Source: Verrucomicrobia bacterium UBA1319 (GTDB taxonomy: Bacteria > Verrucomicrobiota > Verrucomicrobiia > Limisphaerales > UBA1319). From it: 64,000 bases of DNA. A model generated the notes under the pieces. That model had not been told where the DNA came from. It did no database searches and saw only the letters and a program-made list of their open reading frames with translations. The stretch spans positions 165-64,164 of the forward strand of contig DBTJ01000170.1 of NCBI GenBank assembly GCA_002306985.1, given 5' to 3'. The position numbers and the translations under genes are program-made. Positions 62,901 through 64,000 of this stretch are shown in pieces (positions within the stretch are counted from its first letter, which is position 1; every line of letters begins with the position of its first letter).

Positions 62901-64000
62901 CGCCCGCGGAAACCGGTTTTTTGCCGGCATTCGAACTGGTCGTCACCGTGATATGGGGTAATGGTTGGGCTTGAAAATTGGCGTCCGTCGCGTCGCGGTC
63001 ACCCAATTGCAGCGGCAAGGAAAAATTGAGGGGGGCGGTTGAATATCCCAACAAATAGACGCCAATCGGATAGGCGGCGTTGGTGACCAGGTTGACCAGG
63101 GTATAAGCGCCATCGCTATCGGTATAGGTGGCTTGATAATCGGCGGCCAAATCGTTGTTCGTCAACGCGCCGTTGCTAACCCGCATGCCGGCCACCGGAT
63201 TCCCGGCGAGATCCAACACCCGGCCGCTAATGCGCACGGTATCCGGGTTTCCAACCCGAACGGCCACATGCTTGGTGGTGACGCCGCCTTTCATATCGCT
63301 TACCTCGCAACGCACCACAAAATCGCCATTGGTTGTCCAGGCTTTCGTGACACTCGGAGAATTGAGTCCAAACGCGCCGTCGCCAAAATCCCAGAAGTAA
63401 GACAAAGTATCGCCGTTCGCGTCGGTCGCGCTCATTTTAAACGTAACGGTCTGACCGCGCGCCGCCTGGTTCGTGGAATAAGTCATTTCGGCAACCGGCG
63501 GTACATTCGTGGCATAGGTCCCGAAGTTGACCACCACGTCGAACCAAGCCTCCAGCCCACCCCCTCCTTTTCCCACCGGAGTGATGTGGATATTGGCTTC
63601 CGCGTCGTTAAAAGTCCGCCCCACCTGGATCGCCCCATCGGAGGAGCCTTTCGGCGAACCGGGAGTCGTGTCCAGAAGGTGGCTATAACCAATGGCCTGT
63701 TGCCAGGGCCCCCAATGCAGTTCCACGCCATTGAGCAACCCGGCATTATCGCTGTAACGCGCCCGGGCGCTCACCCAATAGGTACGCTGGTCGTCTTTGC
63801 GCACGGTTAACGCATAAGCGCGCCCAGTTTCCAAATCGGGCGTATCATGAACGTAGACGCGGTTAGTGCCATTGCTGGAAATCGCGTTGATATACGCGGG
63901 CGGGAGCCAGCCCAATAGAAATTTTCCCACCACGTTGAAATGACCGTTCAAGGACGAAGCGACATTGGTTTCACCCGGGGTGGCCGACTCCCCGCCTCCG
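56938..64000 (-). CDS. Giant secreted multidomain protein, N-terminus outside the window: PKD, carboxypeptidase-regulatory-like, at least 10 Calx-beta domains, 7-bladed delta-60-repeat propeller, InlB-B-repeat-like domain, jelly-roll domain and the shared C-terminal module
   Basis: The frame stays open from 63951 to the window edge (my translation ...[24 protein letters not shown]), so the gene is 5'-partial. PKD: [32 protein letters not shown]. CarboxypepD_reg: [23 protein letters not shown]. Calx-beta units such as [54 protein letters not shown]. CTD at 56941..57144 ending QRFYRVSTP. Confidence 0.85.
   Translation of the reverse strand, partial: [2353 protein letters not shown]
58470..59545 (-). 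repeat. Seven delta-60-type repeats (~50 aa each) forming a predicted 7-bladed propeller inside the giant protein
   Basis: The unit FNPGxGANDxVxAxAxQxDGK(I/V)xxGGxFTxxxGxxRNxIARLxxDGxLDxx occurs 7 times ([49 protein letters not shown]). Coordinates are approximate. Confidence 0.75.

Overview
This is a 64-kb, high-GC chromosomal segment. The domain repertoire suggests a PVC-superphylum (Verrucomicrobiota-like) bacterium: PSCyt1-type cytochrome motif, LTD-CotH, delta-60 repeats, PD40 and Calx-beta giants. That taxonomic call is an inference and was not verified. I recognise about 38 protein genes, one pseudogene and one tRNA-Ser(GGA). I saw no rRNA, CRISPR array, transposase, integrase, reverse transcriptase or phage genes. 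All product calls come from motif recognition in the supplied translations; no BLAST or HMM search was possible. Housekeeping genes (trpA, queA, archaeal-type phosphoglycerate mutase, hldD, tonB-exbB-exbD, a Gfo/Idh/MocA oxidoreductase, a nitroreductase) are interleaved with three accessory blocks. (1) Five very large secreted proteins: a PD40 propeller protein, an LTD-discoidin-CotH protein, two tandem S8 subtilases, and a Calx-beta/delta-60 giant of more than 2350 aa that runs off the window. (2) A surface-glycan locus of about 10 kb (35.6-46 kb) with GT26, three GT4, a split AT3 + SGNH O-acetylation pair, methyltransferases and a Wzy/O-antigen-ligase-like protein. (3) A co-directional minus-strand block: giant adhesin, histidine kinase, OmpR-type regulator, TPR/ankyrin protein, small alarmone hydrolase, PQQ-like propeller, AAA_28 ATPase. 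The most interesting observation is that all five large secreted proteins end in the same ~70-aa C-terminal module finishing in (R/A)(F/Y)YR(V/L). This looks like a cargo tag for an uncharacterised sorting or secretion route. Other points worth a second look: a methyltransferase gene killed by two in-frame stops flanking its SAM motif; a propeller/tri-haem (3x CxxCH) protein at the end of the glycan locus; a candidate small transcript with an extended -10 box and intrinsic terminator inside a 1-kb AT-rich spacer; and three CGCAAT boxes phased at exactly 11 bp beside the tRNA.
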